Source: an uncultured archaeon
GTDB taxonomy: Archaea; Iainarchaeota; Iainarchaeia; Iainarchaeales; VGJJ01
NCBI GenBank assembly: GCA_964480125.1
Contig: CAYZNV010000001.1
Coordinates: 3,736 to 67,735 of the forward strand
Direction of reading: 5' to 3'
DNA length: 64,000 nt
Shown: one piece after another, positions 19,701 through 30,410 of the stretch
How the letters are laid out: every line of letters starts with the position of its first letter
Position numbering within the stretch: position 1 is the first letter of the stretch
Notes under the pieces: model-generated
Told to the model about the DNA's origin: nothing
Databases searched by the model: none
What the model saw: only the letters and a program-made list of their open reading frames with translations
Made by a program: the position numbers and the translations under genes

Positions 19701-20957
19701 ATGGCGCAGCGAGCCTTAGCCATCGTGTGCGTGGACCGAGACAATGATTTCGGCCGCAAAGCAGGAGTGGAAGGACCCATTATCGGAAGAAAAGAAAACC
19801 TTCGAGCAGCGGTCAAGCTCGCGCTCGCCGACCCCGAAGACAGCGATGCCAATTGTCTTTTTGCCGCACTAAAACGCTACGACGAGCTCAAAGACCAATA
19901 CGACAAACTCGAAATCATCACCCTCGTTGGAGCAAGTAAATTCGGATTCGAATCCGATAAACGCATTGCGGAACAACTCGAAGCGTTCATGGAAATATTT
20001 CCCGCAGAACAATTTGTTTTAGTGACTGACGGCGCGGAAGACGATCAAATCGCACCCCTTATCCAGAGCCATGGCCCCATTATTTCCAAGTACACGGTTA
20101 TCATCAAGCAAGCCAAGGAAGTGGAAAGCACATTCTACACCATCAAAGAAGCACTCAAAGACCCTTTTCTCGCACGATTGGTGTTTGGGATTCCTGGAAT
20201 TGTCATCTTATTGTATTTGCTGTTGCCCTCCATCGGATTACAACTCGTCGCAGGAGTCATGGGCGCTTACTTGATATTGAAGGGATTCGGACTGGAAGAA
20301 AAAATATTCGGAAGCATCGAAGTCATGGGCAGCTCCATCAATGCGCAGCGCGTGAGCTTCCCATTCTACATTGCTACTATCCTCTTAGGAGCATTCGGAA
20401 TCTTCTCCGCTGCACCCCAACTCTATAGCGCAGGATTGGCATTCCAGTTAGGGGATTTAACAAATGCATTCAACCAATCCAGCGTGGGAATTGATTTCAT
20501 CCTCATGTTCGGTGCTGCAGGAATGTTCTTGTTCTGGTTCGGCAAGAGCGCCGATGCGATACAGCTGAAAAAAGCATATCTCATCCGCACGTATGTGCTG
20601 AGCACGATTGCCGTACTGCTCGGAGCCATTCTCCTGGGAACGGCCAAAGGCGTCTTGATTGGAACCACTTCCCTGAATTGGTTCTTGGCGTTAATCCCTA
20701 TCTCATTCGCAGTATTCTACATCACCTACAAAGCAACGGCCATCCTGGACATCCGAAAGAAAGTGACCACGCTTCTGATTGGACTCCCCATCTATTCGCG
20801 CACGGGCAAATGGTTAGGTAAAGTAGAAGCCATTCACAAGGAAAAAGGACTCGTGGAGTTCTCGCTCAAAGCAAAGAAAGTAGAACTAGGAATGGAAGAC
20901 TTCTCCCTACAGAATGGAAAATTATTAGTCCGAAAGAGCTTAGGCAGCAAAGCATGA
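19701..20957 (+). CDS. DUF373-like archaeal membrane protein (soluble N-domain plus 6-7 TM)
   Basis: N-terminal soluble domain IVCVDRDNDFGRKAGVEGPIIGR...LVTDGAEDDQI, then a polytopic region and a small C-terminal beta domain. Confidence 0.5.
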   Translation: MAQRALAIVCVDRDNDFGRKAGVEGPIIGRKENLRAAVKLALADPEDSDANCLFAALKRYDELKDQYDKLEIITLVGASKFGFESDKRIAEQLEAFMEIFPAEQFVLVTDGAEDDQIAPLIQSHGPIISKYTVIIKQAKEVESTFYTIKEALKDPFLARLVFGIPGIVILLYLLLPSIGLQLVAGVMGAYLILKGFGLEEKIFGSIEVMGSSINAQRVSFPFYIATILLGAFGIFSAAPQLYSAGLAFQLGDLTNAFNQSSVGIDFILMFGAAGMFLFWFGKSADAIQLKKAYLIRTYVLSTIAVLLGAILLGTAKGVLIGTTSLNWFLALIPISFAVFYITYKATAILDIRKKVTTLLIGLPIYSRTGKWLGKVEAIHKEKGLVEFSLKAKKVELGMEDFSLQNGKLLVRKSLGSKA

Positions 20958-20965
20958 ATGAAAAC

Positions 20966-22081
20966 TCATCTGCTCACCGCTTCACGCTCCCCAAGCAAGA
21001 GAAGACGCAACCCCTCGGTCAAGTGGCCCTTCCTCAAGTAGTCACGGTACATGGACTTTCCCTGCTTCGTCAAGCGATAGACCACGATATTGTGCGGAAT
21101 TCCCCTACGATCGACTTTTTGTGAGACGACTGCTTTCGCAATACCTGCTCCCGCAAAATAATCCAAAATCTCGACGACTCTCTCACGGCCAAATACGGCC
21201 TTCGGATTACCGATCACGATGCCAACATTATTAGGGGTTGGCACGACCATGGGCTTATACAATTCCGCACGATCTTTGGGTCCTTCATGCAATTGTTGCA
21301 GCAAATACATCCCAATATTTGGATATTTTATTTTCGGGGAATGGTATTGCGCATGCGCCCACATGGAAAGAGGAACCTGCAATGACATCGGAGGCAGTTT
21401 TTTGACCAATTTGCACACTTCTAACAATTGCATCGCACAATTAATATTATTCATCACGCGCTCATTCCATTCCATCCCCAGGGAGGCAGCAATTTCTTTG
21501 CTGGACATTTCACGTGCAGACCCTTCCTGTTCGCGCCGACGCAACAATAGCTCAATCTCTGACGGGAGGTTGTGTGAAGAATTTCCAACCTTAAACCGTA
21601 GCATTGTAAGAATATTGCTAGCTGTCCCTTCCCATAATTTTTTTGCTTGTTGACGATCGACAGACCGCAGCGCGGCCACGAAAGAAAGAAGATTAGGAGA
21701 GTCCAAACCACTACGCAAAGCCCTTGCCGCCACCACCTGATAGATGGTTGGCTTTCGCCCCAGGTATCTCCCGTCGCGCAGCACGGATGCGACAACACGC
21801 GTTTTCGCCAGGAGTTTATTCAATTTCTTGGTCGATGTCTTTTTCCCCCTCAAAGACCTAATTTCATCCACGTAACGCCTGAGTAGATCCGCTTCCCCCG
21901 AACCACGGGGAATGCTTCCAGGCTGGTGCAGTTTGATATTGCGACCAAAACGTACTGTCCCCGCCACCAGGTGCAGCAACCGCTCATGCACTCTGCCACG
22001 CGAAAGATTTTTCTCCGGTCGCAATAAACGCTTTGAGGAGCCCATGAGAAGAGTAGAAAAACAGACGAATATAATAGGCAC
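20966..22081 (-). CDS. Hypothetical protein with C-terminal winged-helix (wHTH) domain
   Basis: 371 aa. C-terminal VEILDYFAGAGIAKAVVSQKVDRRGIPHNIVVYRLTKQGKSMYRDYL is wHTH-like. The rest is unrecognised. Confidence 0.4.
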   Translation of the reverse strand: MPIIFVCFSTLLMGSSKRLLRPEKNLSRGRVHERLLHLVAGTVRFGRNIKLHQPGSIPRGSGEADLLRRYVDEIRSLRGKKTSTKKLNKLLAKTRVVASVLRDGRYLGRKPTIYQVVAARALRSGLDSPNLLSFVAALRSVDRQQAKKLWEGTASNILTMLRFKVGNSSHNLPSEIELLLRRREQEGSAREMSSKEIAASLGMEWNERVMNNINCAMQLLEVCKLVKKLPPMSLQVPLSMWAHAQYHSPKIKYPNIGMYLLQQLHEGPKDRAELYKPMVVPTPNNVGIVIGNPKAVFGRERVVEILDYFAGAGIAKAVVSQKVDRRGIPHNIVVYRLTKQGKSMYRDYLRKGHLTEGLRLLLLGEREAVSR

Positions 22082-22084
22082 ACA

Positions 22085-24115
22085 TCACTGCACGCTTGGA
22101 GGGAGCGGAGGCAATGCTTTTTCCACTAATTCTTTCACGGGCTTGGCAATGTTGAATTCGATGAGCTTGTTGAGGCTGCGCAGCAATGAATCCGTCTTGC
22201 CGCCTTTCACTAATGCGATATTCAACACCTCTGCGAGCGTCGAGACCGGGATTACTTTCACGTTATTCAATTCCTTCTTGGACAACACTACATCCGCAAT
22301 ATTGGATTTGGGAATAATCACTTCCTTCAATCCTGCCTTCACTGCAGCCTGCACCTTATCCGTAATTCCTCCAACGGGCAACACCTCACCGCGCACCGAT
22401 AAGGAACCCGTCATAGCAATATCTTGGCGGATAGGAATTCCCTCCATGGCCGAAATGACTGCCGTTGCAACAGACACCGAAGCAGAATCCCCTTCCACTC
22501 CCTCGTGGGATTGCAAGAACTGAATGTGGATGTCGTGCGTGGCAATGTCTTTGCCCGAGAGCTTCTTGATCAGTGCCGAGACATTCTGCACGGCCTCGCG
22601 GGCAATCTCTCCCAGCTTCCCGGTCGCAATAATCTTTCCCTCACTACTGCTCTGCGCCGGAGCGACTTCGGCTTCGATGGGCATAATCATCCCCGCATTT
22701 CCTTCAGCGAAGACCGCGAGACCATTCACTCTTCCCACTTGCGCGCCGGAGAACTTGAAGATGTCATAGTCCTTCTTCATGTCCAATACTTTCGAGAGCA
22801 TCTGCTGTTCCAATGTGCGTGCGGTCATGCGCGCCTCGAAGACATCGTCTGCGGTAACGAGAGAATGATTTTTCGCGCGAGCCAAATCCCCGGAAGCGCG
22901 CACCAACCCACCTAAATCGCGCAGCTTGAGCGTGAGTTTATTCTTTCTTCCCGCGCGGCGCTTGGCCTCATACAGAATAGATTGAACGGCTTCCTTGGAG
23001 AAATGAGGAATCTTCGCATCCTTGCGCACTTCCTGCGCAACGAATTGGGCGATCTTGGTGCGATTCGCAGGGGTGTCTTCCATGTCCAAGTTCAGATAGA
23101 CCTCATACCCATAACCCCTAATGCGCGAGCGCAGTGCCGGGTGGACGTGCTGTAGATCCTCATAGTTTCCTGCAGCCACGAGAACGAAGTCGCACGGAAC
23201 GGGCTCGGTTCGCGTCATCGCGCCGCTGGACATCTCGCTCTGTCCCGTAATGGAATATCTCTTTTCTTGTAGCGCAGTCAAAAGCTCCTGCTGGGACTTC
23301 ATGTTGAGCGTGGAAATCTCATCCAAGAACAACACTCCACCATTGGCGCGGTGAATCATTCCAGGTTCCACGCGCAAGTGCGCCGGAGTCCCGAGACCGC
23401 CACTCTGAAGAGGATCGTGGCGCACATCCCCAAGTAGTGCACCCGCTCTTGCGCCAGTCGCTTCATTGAAAGGAGCCATGCGCTTGTTGGCGTTGTCGAT
23501 GAGGAGCTTGGGGGTGAGTTTCACCGTAGGACGATTCATTTGGGCGCCTAATGCAAAACCAAACACCAGCATCCCGCCGAGGATAAGTGTAGCGGCATAA
23601 ATGATATCCGAAATCCACTTGAAATTCCACGCCAGATACGCAAGCAAGAACCACCCAATGGGAAAAAGCATCCCCATGAGGCGCATGTTGTCCTCTGCCT
23701 TCTGCGCTTCAAGGCGTGTGTGATAGAGAATGTGCTTTCCTTCTCCTGCTCTCACAACGCGGATCTTGGGCTGATTGGCATCCTCATCGTTGGGATATAC
23801 CAAAATATCATGGAGCTTGGAGACAGGAAGAATCTCCGCCATGGCCTGCGCCAGCATCGACTTTCCAATCCCGGGAACGCCAATCAAGAGCACATTTCTC
23901 TTCTGCGCTGCCGCTTTACGCGTGATTTCAACGGCATTATCTTGCCCAATGACTTGCTCAATGAGCGTTTTGGGTACCTCAATCTCTTCGGTGGAATTGA
24001 AATCCAGGGGAATAGAAACGTCTTGTAGCTCATCCGTATCCAACACCTTTTCCAACGCATGCGCGGAAACGGGCTTTTGGGCGGAAGAAATAGGCTTTCG
24101 AGGCATAGAATACAA
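22085..24115 (-). CDS. lonB: Archaeal membrane-bound Lon protease (LonB)
   Basis: Walker A GVPGIGKS. Membrane insertion ([16 protein letters not shown]...) inside the AAA+ domain. Protease domain with GDSASV catalytic Ser and downstream Lys. Confidence 0.9.
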   Translation of the reverse strand: MYSMPRKPISSAQKPVSAHALEKVLDTDELQDVSIPLDFNSTEEIEVPKTLIEQVIGQDNAVEITRKAAAQKRNVLLIGVPGIGKSMLAQAMAEILPVSKLHDILVYPNDEDANQPKIRVVRAGEGKHILYHTRLEAQKAEDNMRLMGMLFPIGWFLLAYLAWNFKWISDIIYAATLILGGMLVFGFALGAQMNRPTVKLTPKLLIDNANKRMAPFNEATGARAGALLGDVRHDPLQSGGLGTPAHLRVEPGMIHRANGGVLFLDEISTLNMKSQQELLTALQEKRYSITGQSEMSSGAMTRTEPVPCDFVLVAAGNYEDLQHVHPALRSRIRGYGYEVYLNLDMEDTPANRTKIAQFVAQEVRKDAKIPHFSKEAVQSILYEAKRRAGRKNKLTLKLRDLGGLVRASGDLARAKNHSLVTADDVFEARMTARTLEQQMLSKVLDMKKDYDIFKFSGAQVGRVNGLAVFAEGNAGMIMPIEAEVAPAQSSSEGKIIATGKLGEIAREAVQNVSALIKKLSGKDIATHDIHIQFLQSHEGVEGDSASVSVATAVISAMEGIPIRQDIAMTGSLSVRGEVLPVGGITDKVQAAVKAGLKEVIIPKSNIADVVLSKKELNNVKVIPVSTLAEVLNIALVKGGKTDSLLRSLNKLIEFNIAKPVKELVEKALPPLPPSVQ

Positions 24116-24134
24116 TACACATGGTGCGATTTGA

Positions 24135-24144
24135 TTTTATAAAT
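24135..24144 (-). promoter_or_regulatory. TATA-like box for lonB (leaderless geometry)
   Basis: TTTATAAA centred about 25 nt upstream of the lonB ATG on the minus strand. Confidence 0.4.
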
Positions 24145-24220
24145 GAGTGGCGATAGAACGGAGAAAAGCTCACACCCACCTAACTCTAGAACGCAACACG
24201 CTCAAAGAAGACACCCCTGA

Positions 24221-24229
24221 TTTATAAGG
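24221..24229 (+). promoter_or_regulatory. TATA-like box for rnz
   Basis: TTTATAAGG about 27 nt upstream of the ATG at 24251. Divergent from the lonB promoter. Confidence 0.4.
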
Positions 24230-24250
24230 GATTTTTCTCCGAATAAGGAT

Positions 24251-25234
24251 ATGAGCGTCCACCTTACCTTTCTCGGAACCAGCTGTTCCACTCCCACTAA
24301 AGAACGCAATTTGAGCAGCGTGGCGCTAGGATTCCGCGGCGAATGGTTTCTCTTCGACACGCCAGAAGGAATCCAACAACAATTGATGCGCACGCATTTG
24401 TCACACTTTACGCTCGAGCACATCTTTCTTTCCCATTACCACGCGGATCATACGCTGGGGTTGCCGGGAATTATTGCAACAATGACCATCCATGAAAGAA
24501 AACAACCCCTCTATGTGTGGGGGCCACGCGGAATTGAAACAAAACTAAAACAAGGAATTGGATACGCGGACTTCTTTCCCGGATTTGAAGTCATCCCAAA
24601 AGAAATCGAGGAAGGCGTTTTGGTGGACACGGAAACGTACACGATTTCCGCCGTCAAGCTGAATCACTCGTGCCTGTGCTATGGATTTGTATTCGAAACA
24701 AAAGGAAAAAAAGGAACATTTTTGCGCGAGAAAGCGCTGAAACTCAAAATCCCCGAAGGACCACTGTGGGGAAAACTCCAGAAAGGAGAAACCATTTCAC
24801 ACGCGGGAAAAAAATACACCCCCGAAATGGTCATGGATTATACCCAGAGCAAGCGCGGCACCAAGATAGGATTCGTCATGGACACTTTTCCGCATAACCA
24901 CTACGTGGAATTCATGCAAGGAAGCGATGTGCTGATCCACGAAGCCTCTTTCTTGGAATCGGAAAAAGAACGCGCGTGGGACGTCAAACACTCCACTGCA
25001 AAAATGGCCGCAGAGATTGCTAAAAAGTTGGGAGTGAAGCAATTATTCTTAACGCACTTTTCTCCACGCTACCCGGATGGAAAGGATATGCTCGCAGAAG
25101 CAAAACCCATATTCAAAAACACCATTGCAGCACATGATTTGATGAAAGTGGAGTTAGAAGAAAGTTATTCAAACGAAAAAGAAAAGAAAACGAAAAACAT
25201 CTCCAAAGCAAAACCAAAGAATAAAAAGAAATGA
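24251..25234 (+). CDS. rnz: Ribonuclease Z (tRNA 3' endonuclease)
   Basis: MBL fold with SHYHADH motif. About 300-aa core. Lys-rich C-terminal tail. Confidence 0.85.
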   Translation: MSVHLTFLGTSCSTPTKERNLSSVALGFRGEWFLFDTPEGIQQQLMRTHLSHFTLEHIFLSHYHADHTLGLPGIIATMTIHERKQPLYVWGPRGIETKLKQGIGYADFFPGFEVIPKEIEEGVLVDTETYTISAVKLNHSCLCYGFVFETKGKKGTFLREKALKLKIPEGPLWGKLQKGETISHAGKKYTPEMVMDYTQSKRGTKIGFVMDTFPHNHYVEFMQGSDVLIHEASFLESEKERAWDVKHSTAKMAAEIAKKLGVKQLFLTHFSPRYPDGKDMLAEAKPIFKNTIAAHDLMKVELEESYSNEKEKKTKNISKAKPKNKKK

Positions 25235-25255
25235 AAACCAAGATTGGAAAAAAAA

Positions 25256-25963
25256 TCAGCGTGCCAATTCTTTGGGGGCATTGAATTCGTGTTTCTCGTT
25301 GGGGGCCAACACAATGGCTTTGGTCTTGAGATTGCTTTTTTCAATTTTTCTCGCAAACTCCTCAGGAGAAGCCTGACAAATCTCGAATGTATTGTAGTGC
25401 ATGGGCACCACCATGTCGGGCTTCAACACCTTTGTTGCTTTTACGGCGTCCACGAGATCCATGGTAATATTTCCCCCAATGGGCAACAGCGCCACATCGG
25501 GTTTCAAATCGGAAGGATATTCCTCGAGCAAGTGTGAGGCACCCGCGTGATAGACCGAAACATTATCCCCGGTCACAACGTAGGACATCGGATAGAAGGA
25601 TTGAGGATGATGCGAGAGATGCACTTTCACATTCACCCCACGCACATTGATGTGGGCATTCGCCGTTACTCCGCGCTTGCAGCGCAACGGAATATTCAAC
25701 TCAGAAAGAACGGAGTCGTGCGCCACCACGCATGAATTATCACGCGCCACAATCTCCTCAATGGCCTTCTTATCAAAATGATCTTCGTGCTCTTGCGTGA
25801 TAAGAATTAAACCCACCGGGGGCAAATCGCTTGCCTTGATGGGAGCAGGTACCATGCGGCGATACCTCCCAAGAGAAACACAATTGAAATTGGGATCAAT
25901 CAACACGTTTCCGGAGGAAAACTCCAGGAGAAAAGAAGAATGCCCCAAAAAACGCACGTGCAT
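25256..25963 (-). CDS. Metallo-beta-lactamase-fold hydrolase (UPF0173-like)
   Basis: HVRFLGHSSFLLE...ILITQEHEDHFD...PMHYNTF pattern. Confidence 0.7.
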   Translation of the reverse strand: MHVRFLGHSSFLLEFSSGNVLIDPNFNCVSLGRYRRMVPAPIKASDLPPVGLILITQEHEDHFDKKAIEEIVARDNSCVVAHDSVLSELNIPLRCKRGVTANAHINVRGVNVKVHLSHHPQSFYPMSYVVTGDNVSVYHAGASHLLEEYPSDLKPDVALLPIGGNITMDLVDAVKATKVLKPDMVVPMHYNTFEICQASPEEFARKIEKSNLKTKAIVLAPNEKHEFNAPKELAR

Positions 25964-26068
25964 AAATCAGTACTAACGCACTTGGGGTATAAAAGCGCCC
26001 CTGCCACGTGGACTTTCCAACTAAAAAAACGGAATTCATTATAAGCAGGATAAGAAAAGTAATAGTAT

Positions 26069-26902
26069 ATGCGCATCGAATGGGTAATCGTCATCGGCAT
26101 GCTCCTCGTGATTCTCGCCGGCAGCGCGGCAGCACAAACCATCATCCCGCGCGTCACGGAAAATAGGGTCAGCTTCCATAATATCGACATCTATGTCAAC
26201 GAAGATGGCTCATCGCGCGTGATCGAACAATTCTTCTTCAGTTTTTTTGCGGACGAAGCCACGCAATTGGAAAAAGATTTTGAAGAAAATACGCCGAGCC
26301 TGTTCGAGTGGAAGAGAGACTATCCCTTCATCCACCCATATATTGGAATCGAAAGCCAAGCAGAGAACTTGGAATTTTTTTTACGCCAAACGGTTTCAGG
26401 ACAACCCACGCTCGAACTCTCATATAGTTATCCAACAGGACTCACGCAAAAAATAGCCACGGAAAACCAAGGAAGAACCGCACGATGGAAATTCTCGGAC
26501 TCAGCACTATTGAATTTCATCTCCGCAGGGAGCATCAGCATTGACGCAAAAACCCAAATCAAAATCCATTTGCCCAAAGGAGTAGTAGTCGATAAGCGAT
26601 TACTACAGCAAGGACTTTTGGATGGAAGCAACATCATTACTCTTACGAACTTCCAATCCAACGCACTAAATGTACAGTACACCATCCTCACTCCCATCGC
26701 CGACCCCATTGACACGAGTAAATTTATCTCAGATATTGTGGGAAGCCCATTATTCTTCTTCCTCGTCGTCGCGCTCGTGCTCGCAGGGATTTATGCATAC
26801 TTGAATCGCGAAGCACTATCCGAAAAAATAGAAAACTACATCATCGAGCACTCCGAGTTCAAAACGAATAAAGGACCGGAAGTCGACAATGACATCGAAT
26901 AG
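26069..26902 (+). CDS. Cell-surface protein: signal peptide plus C-terminal TM anchor
   Basis: MRIEWVIVIGMLLVILAGSAAAQ signal peptide. C-terminal LFFFLVVALVLAGIYAYLN anchor. TATA-like box near 25990. Confidence 0.5.
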   Translation: MRIEWVIVIGMLLVILAGSAAAQTIIPRVTENRVSFHNIDIYVNEDGSSRVIEQFFFSFFADEATQLEKDFEENTPSLFEWKRDYPFIHPYIGIESQAENLEFFLRQTVSGQPTLELSYSYPTGLTQKIATENQGRTARWKFSDSALLNFISAGSISIDAKTQIKIHLPKGVVVDKRLLQQGLLDGSNIITLTNFQSNALNVQYTILTPIADPIDTSKFISDIVGSPLFFFLVVALVLAGIYAYLNREALSEKIENYIIEHSEFKTNKGPEVDNDIE

Positions 26903-26956
26903 CTCTTTTGGAATCCGCTCCTAAACCATTAAATTCCCCATTGCGTTGCTGGAAGC

Positions 26957-27463
26957 ATGGCGCACCACCCCCCAACACCGCTGATCCTCACACTCATCGC
27001 GAGCATCGGAACAGCCATCTTTGCGGGATTCCAATCGGGAGGAGAACCAGTTATCATCCTCATTATCCCATTCACCGTGCTGGCCGCATTCCTCTTTGGA
27101 GTGGACGCGGGAATCATTGTGGGAGTGGGAAGTGGAATCATCACTGCACTTTTGTTGAATGAACTGCAGGGGTGGGAAGTCGTCGTATACACGCTTGGCG
27201 CAGGCGTAGTGGGATATGTGACCGGGACGTATGCGACAAAGAAACACGACACCCCGCAATTCCTCGTTTTTGTGTTTGTGGGAACGCTGATATTGGAGAT
27301 CATGCTCAACGTCTACGCGGGAAAACCATTCTTCTTGCGCAGTGAGGAATATTTAGGAACGAGCGCCACATCGGGACTGCGATTAATCATCAATTTGATT
27401 ATTGGAGGACTGCTCGCCGCATGGTGGCTGCCCGACATGGCTCCGGCGCCAGCGAAAAAATAA
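26957..27463 (+). CDS. Polytopic membrane protein (possibly an ECF-transporter S-component-like protein)
   Basis: 168 aa, about 5 TM helices, glycine-rich helix packing motifs. Confidence 0.4.
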   Translation: MAHHPPTPLILTLIASIGTAIFAGFQSGGEPVIILIIPFTVLAAFLFGVDAGIIVGVGSGIITALLLNELQGWEVVVYTLGAGVVGYVTGTYATKKHDTPQFLVFVFVGTLILEIMLNVYAGKPFFLRSEEYLGTSATSGLRLIINLIIGGLLAAWWLPDMAPAPAKK

Positions 27464-27478
27464 TATTAATAAAAAAAA

Positions 27479-27700
27479 CTAATTCAATCCAAACTCAAAG
27501 CGACCCAACAAGAGATTCGACCAATCTGCTGAGGTTAGGTGCATGAGGAAGTTGAGCGAGAGAACGATCAGCACAGCATACAACCACTTGTTGGGGACTT
27601 TCTCATAGGCTAATTGGATAATGAGATACGCAATGATGAGCTCAACAATCAAGCTACCGCCAAAAATACCCTCAATCATAGAAGAAATATCCAGCCACAA
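27479..27700 (-). CDS. Small membrane protein
   Basis: 73 aa, two hydrophobic helices. Confidence 0.3.
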   Translation of the reverse strand: MWLDISSMIEGIFGGSLIVELIIAYLIIQLAYEKVPNKWLYAVLIVLSLNFLMHLTSADWSNLLLGRFEFGLN

Positions 27701-27733
27701 AGCCTAAAAGACTCACTAAAAAAAGTGAAAGAA

Positions 27734-28162
27734 TTACTTCTTTTGACGAGTTTGAGGGAATTTAGTGAACGACTTCTTCTTCGTAATGCCCTTTTGGAGA
27801 ATCCCTTGGAATGGAATCTTTCGCCATTTCAAGAGGTTTTGGAGCGAATAATCATCCGTGCAAACGCATACTTTTTCCTTGCGATCCGCAATCTCAAGCG
27901 CTAAAGCCAACACACTCTCATCCGCATCCGAGAGGCGCGCATCCCCGTGCTTCTTTGCGAGCGCACGCGCGACTTGAATGGAAGCCGGGCAGGGATCGGT
28001 AATGGAAAGCCTCCCCTCATGGAATGCAGCTTCCAATCGCATCTTCGCAGTCAGCTCTTTCACTTCCGCCTCACAAAAAGAAGTCATTACGTAATGGTTT
28101 TTGCTGGAAAAAGGAAAAGAAGACGCGTTGATGAAAACCGCCGAGTCGAGGATGTAATGCAT
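27734..28162 (-). CDS. PIN-domain ribonuclease (VapC/Fcf1-like), with no partner gene
   Basis: ILDSAVFI at the N-terminus (first acidic residue), LSDADESVLALA, and CTDDYSLQNL (C-terminal acidic residues). Confidence 0.55.
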   Translation of the reverse strand: MHYILDSAVFINASSFPFSSKNHYVMTSFCEAEVKELTAKMRLEAAFHEGRLSITDPCPASIQVARALAKKHGDARLSDADESVLALALEIADRKEKVCVCTDDYSLQNLLKWRKIPFQGILQKGITKKKSFTKFPQTRQKK

Positions 28163-28242
28163 ATAACTCCAAAAGAAAGGTATCCTTCAAAAATAAGGAG
28201 GTTTAGAAAAAAACTTAATAGTCATGCATCCCTGTATCATGG

Positions 28243-28824
28243 ATGACTGAACAACAAAGGCTTGAGGGAATCGTACTCCATGTGACTACGACCAAAACAG
28301 GCAATGAAGAAACCCATTACAAAATTTCTCTGCGGATAGGCCATTTTATTCAAGGAAAACCATTCGTTACTTCTTCTGCCATTCGAAGAGCCATCCAAAA
28401 AACAAAACTACCTGAAAATAGGCCAATTGGGAGAATAGAATTCTACGCGGATCATGCCAGGAAAGTAATCGTATCCCATGAAGTTTTCCCCACCTCTTTA
28501 TTGTTCGGAAAAAAGAAAGAAGCATTCCAAGGAATAGGGCTCTCCACGCTGGTCGACCTCGCAGCAGAACGATTATTCAGAAATGTATTCCCTGATTATT
28601 TTATCCGTTCAACGGCAAACCCAAAAGAAGAACGAAGAAAGCAATTGCTCAAACGCCAACGTGAAATCGGAAAGCCCATCCCAATCCATGAAGCACACGC
28701 ACGCACAAAAGAACAAGTCGTTGCGCATTTCAGAAAAAACCTCGAAGCAATAAAGAAACTAAGATCCAGAGAAAAACGCAGAAACCGCTTGATGGCATCC
28801 ATGAACAGACGCAGACCCATTTAA
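28243..28824 (+). CDS. Hypothetical basic protein (weak GNAT-like QGIGLS motif)
   Basis: 193 aa. FQGIGLSTLVDLAAE resembles GNAT motif A. Arg/Lys-rich C-terminal tail. Confidence 0.35.
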   Translation: MTEQQRLEGIVLHVTTTKTGNEETHYKISLRIGHFIQGKPFVTSSAIRRAIQKTKLPENRPIGRIEFYADHARKVIVSHEVFPTSLLFGKKKEAFQGIGLSTLVDLAAERLFRNVFPDYFIRSTANPKEERRKQLLKRQREIGKPIPIHEAHARTKEQVVAHFRKNLEAIKKLRSREKRRNRLMASMNRRRPI

Positions 28825-28846
28825 ACTGTATGAGCAAGGATGAAGT

Positions 28847-29701
28847 ATGCCTTCATTCAAACAACAAATGCAAGCCAAACTCCATGCGGCGCTTTCTTCT
28901 GAGGAACGAGAAAAGATCCCAGCAGGATTTCAACGCTTAGGGCATATTGTGATATTGCGCTTGCATCCTTCCTTGGAAAGCAAAAAACAACTCATCGGAG
29001 AAGCCGCTCTTACGTGTGTTCCCGGAGCAAAAACCGCGTGCAATTATGCCGGAAAAATTTCCTCCGAATACCGAGAGCCCGTGATTGAATGGGTGGCGGG
29101 AGAACACAATACTATTGTCAACCACTTCGAACACGATTGTGTGTTTCGCTTTGATGTCACGAAATTGATGTGGTCGCAAGGCAACATGAATGAACGCAAA
29201 AGAATGTACTTGAATGTCAAAAAAGGAGAAGTCGTCGTGGATTTCTTCTGCGGATTAGGGTATTGGAGCATCCCCATTGCCAAGCACGCCTCTCCCGCGC
29301 ACGTGTATGCGATTGATGCGAATGAGAATGCAATCAATGCCATTCAAGAAAACAGAACCCTCAACAAAATACCAAAATCCGTCCTTACTATCATTCACGG
29401 GAATTGCGAAGTCGTGGCTCCCACGCTTGGAAAAATAGCCGATCGTGTAATCATGGGATATTTACCCGCGCCGCAATTTGCATTACCGGCCGCAATGCAT
29501 GTACTGAAGGATAGTGGAGGAATTGTGCACTACGAAGGAATGTGCCCGCAAGGAGAATATGAGACGCTCGTGGAAGAAGTAAGAAAAGTCGCCACCCAAT
29601 ATGGAAAACAAGTCGAATTGATTCACGCGCAAGAAGTCAAGAGCATGGCACCGAGAAAATATCACTATACTCTGGACTTGAAGATCAGCCCCATCAACTG
29701 A
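28847..29701 (+). CDS. Trm5/Taw2-family class I methyltransferase-fold tRNA-modification enzyme (wyosine pathway candidate)
   Basis: VVDFFCGLGYWSIPIAKHASPAHVYAIDANENAINAIQENRTLNKI...ADRVIMGYLP matches the Met-10+/Trm5/TYW2 fold. Confidence 0.65.
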   Translation: MPSFKQQMQAKLHAALSSEEREKIPAGFQRLGHIVILRLHPSLESKKQLIGEAALTCVPGAKTACNYAGKISSEYREPVIEWVAGEHNTIVNHFEHDCVFRFDVTKLMWSQGNMNERKRMYLNVKKGEVVVDFFCGLGYWSIPIAKHASPAHVYAIDANENAINAIQENRTLNKIPKSVLTIIHGNCEVVAPTLGKIADRVIMGYLPAPQFALPAAMHVLKDSGGIVHYEGMCPQGEYETLVEEVRKVATQYGKQVELIHAQEVKSMAPRKYHYTLDLKISPIN

Positions 29702-30382
29702 TCACCGAGGGACGAATCTCCAACCACGATAGGCAAAACCCGGCATGGGCGATGCATGCAACAACAACCCCATCTGACGCAGCTCACGCACGAGCCCAAA
29801 GAATTCGAGATATTCCTCTACCGCCTTATTACGGATAGAAGCCAATACCCGAATTCGATTGTAGATACGCATCAGCGATGAATCCTTTTTCCGCGCCAAT
29901 GCATATAATTTCCCACGCGCACGAATGCTGACATATCCCTTGACCCGTCCTCGCTCATCCAAAATCACCAAGTGACGGGTCTTGAGGGAAGGATTTTTCT
30001 CTGAGAACAAAAAATAATCAAAATAACGCCTCATATCCGAAGCCGAAAAAAAATCATGCGGCACCGGGTGCGGATGCGAATGGATTTCTGAACGAAACGA
30101 TGGAAGCGGTAGCCTACGCTCAACCGTATCAGCCGAACGATTCACCGAAGCAGGGATGAGCTCCCCCGGACGACCGCGCTCCTTGTACCATGACTCCTCA
30201 TGCGTCGCAATGCGTGGCGTCGACTCGATGACCGCTCGCGCCGAACGGCCGCGCGTGGGATGGCGATGAGCGAAATCACCAGGAGAAGGAGGAGCCATTG
30301 CGCACCCCTGCAAAAAAGAAGCCAATCCAGCTGAGCCAAGGATTTTCACGAATGCACGACGCGAGGGAAGGCGAGAGGGCAT
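29702..30382 (-). CDS. JAMM/MPN+-motif protein with a Tat-like and lipobox-like N-terminus
   Basis: EIHSHPHPVPHDFFSASD gives HxH-x7-S-x2-D. Upstream GELIPAS is paralogous to the JAMM gene at 62866-63246. N-terminus SRRAFVKILGSAGLASFLQGCA has twin-arginine and LQGC features. Start assumed at MPSRL; the ATG ORF extends to 30463. Confidence 0.4.
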   Translation of the reverse strand: MPSRLPSRRAFVKILGSAGLASFLQGCAMAPPSPGDFAHRHPTRGRSARAVIESTPRIATHEESWYKERGRPGELIPASVNRSADTVERRLPLPSFRSEIHSHPHPVPHDFFSASDMRRYFDYFLFSEKNPSLKTRHLVILDERGRVKGYVSIRARGKLYALARKKDSSLMRIYNRIRVLASIRNKAVEEYLEFFGLVRELRQMGLLLHASPMPGFAYRGWRFVPR

Positions 30383-30410
30383 GCCACTACCAGCGTTCGA
30401 AATAATATAA

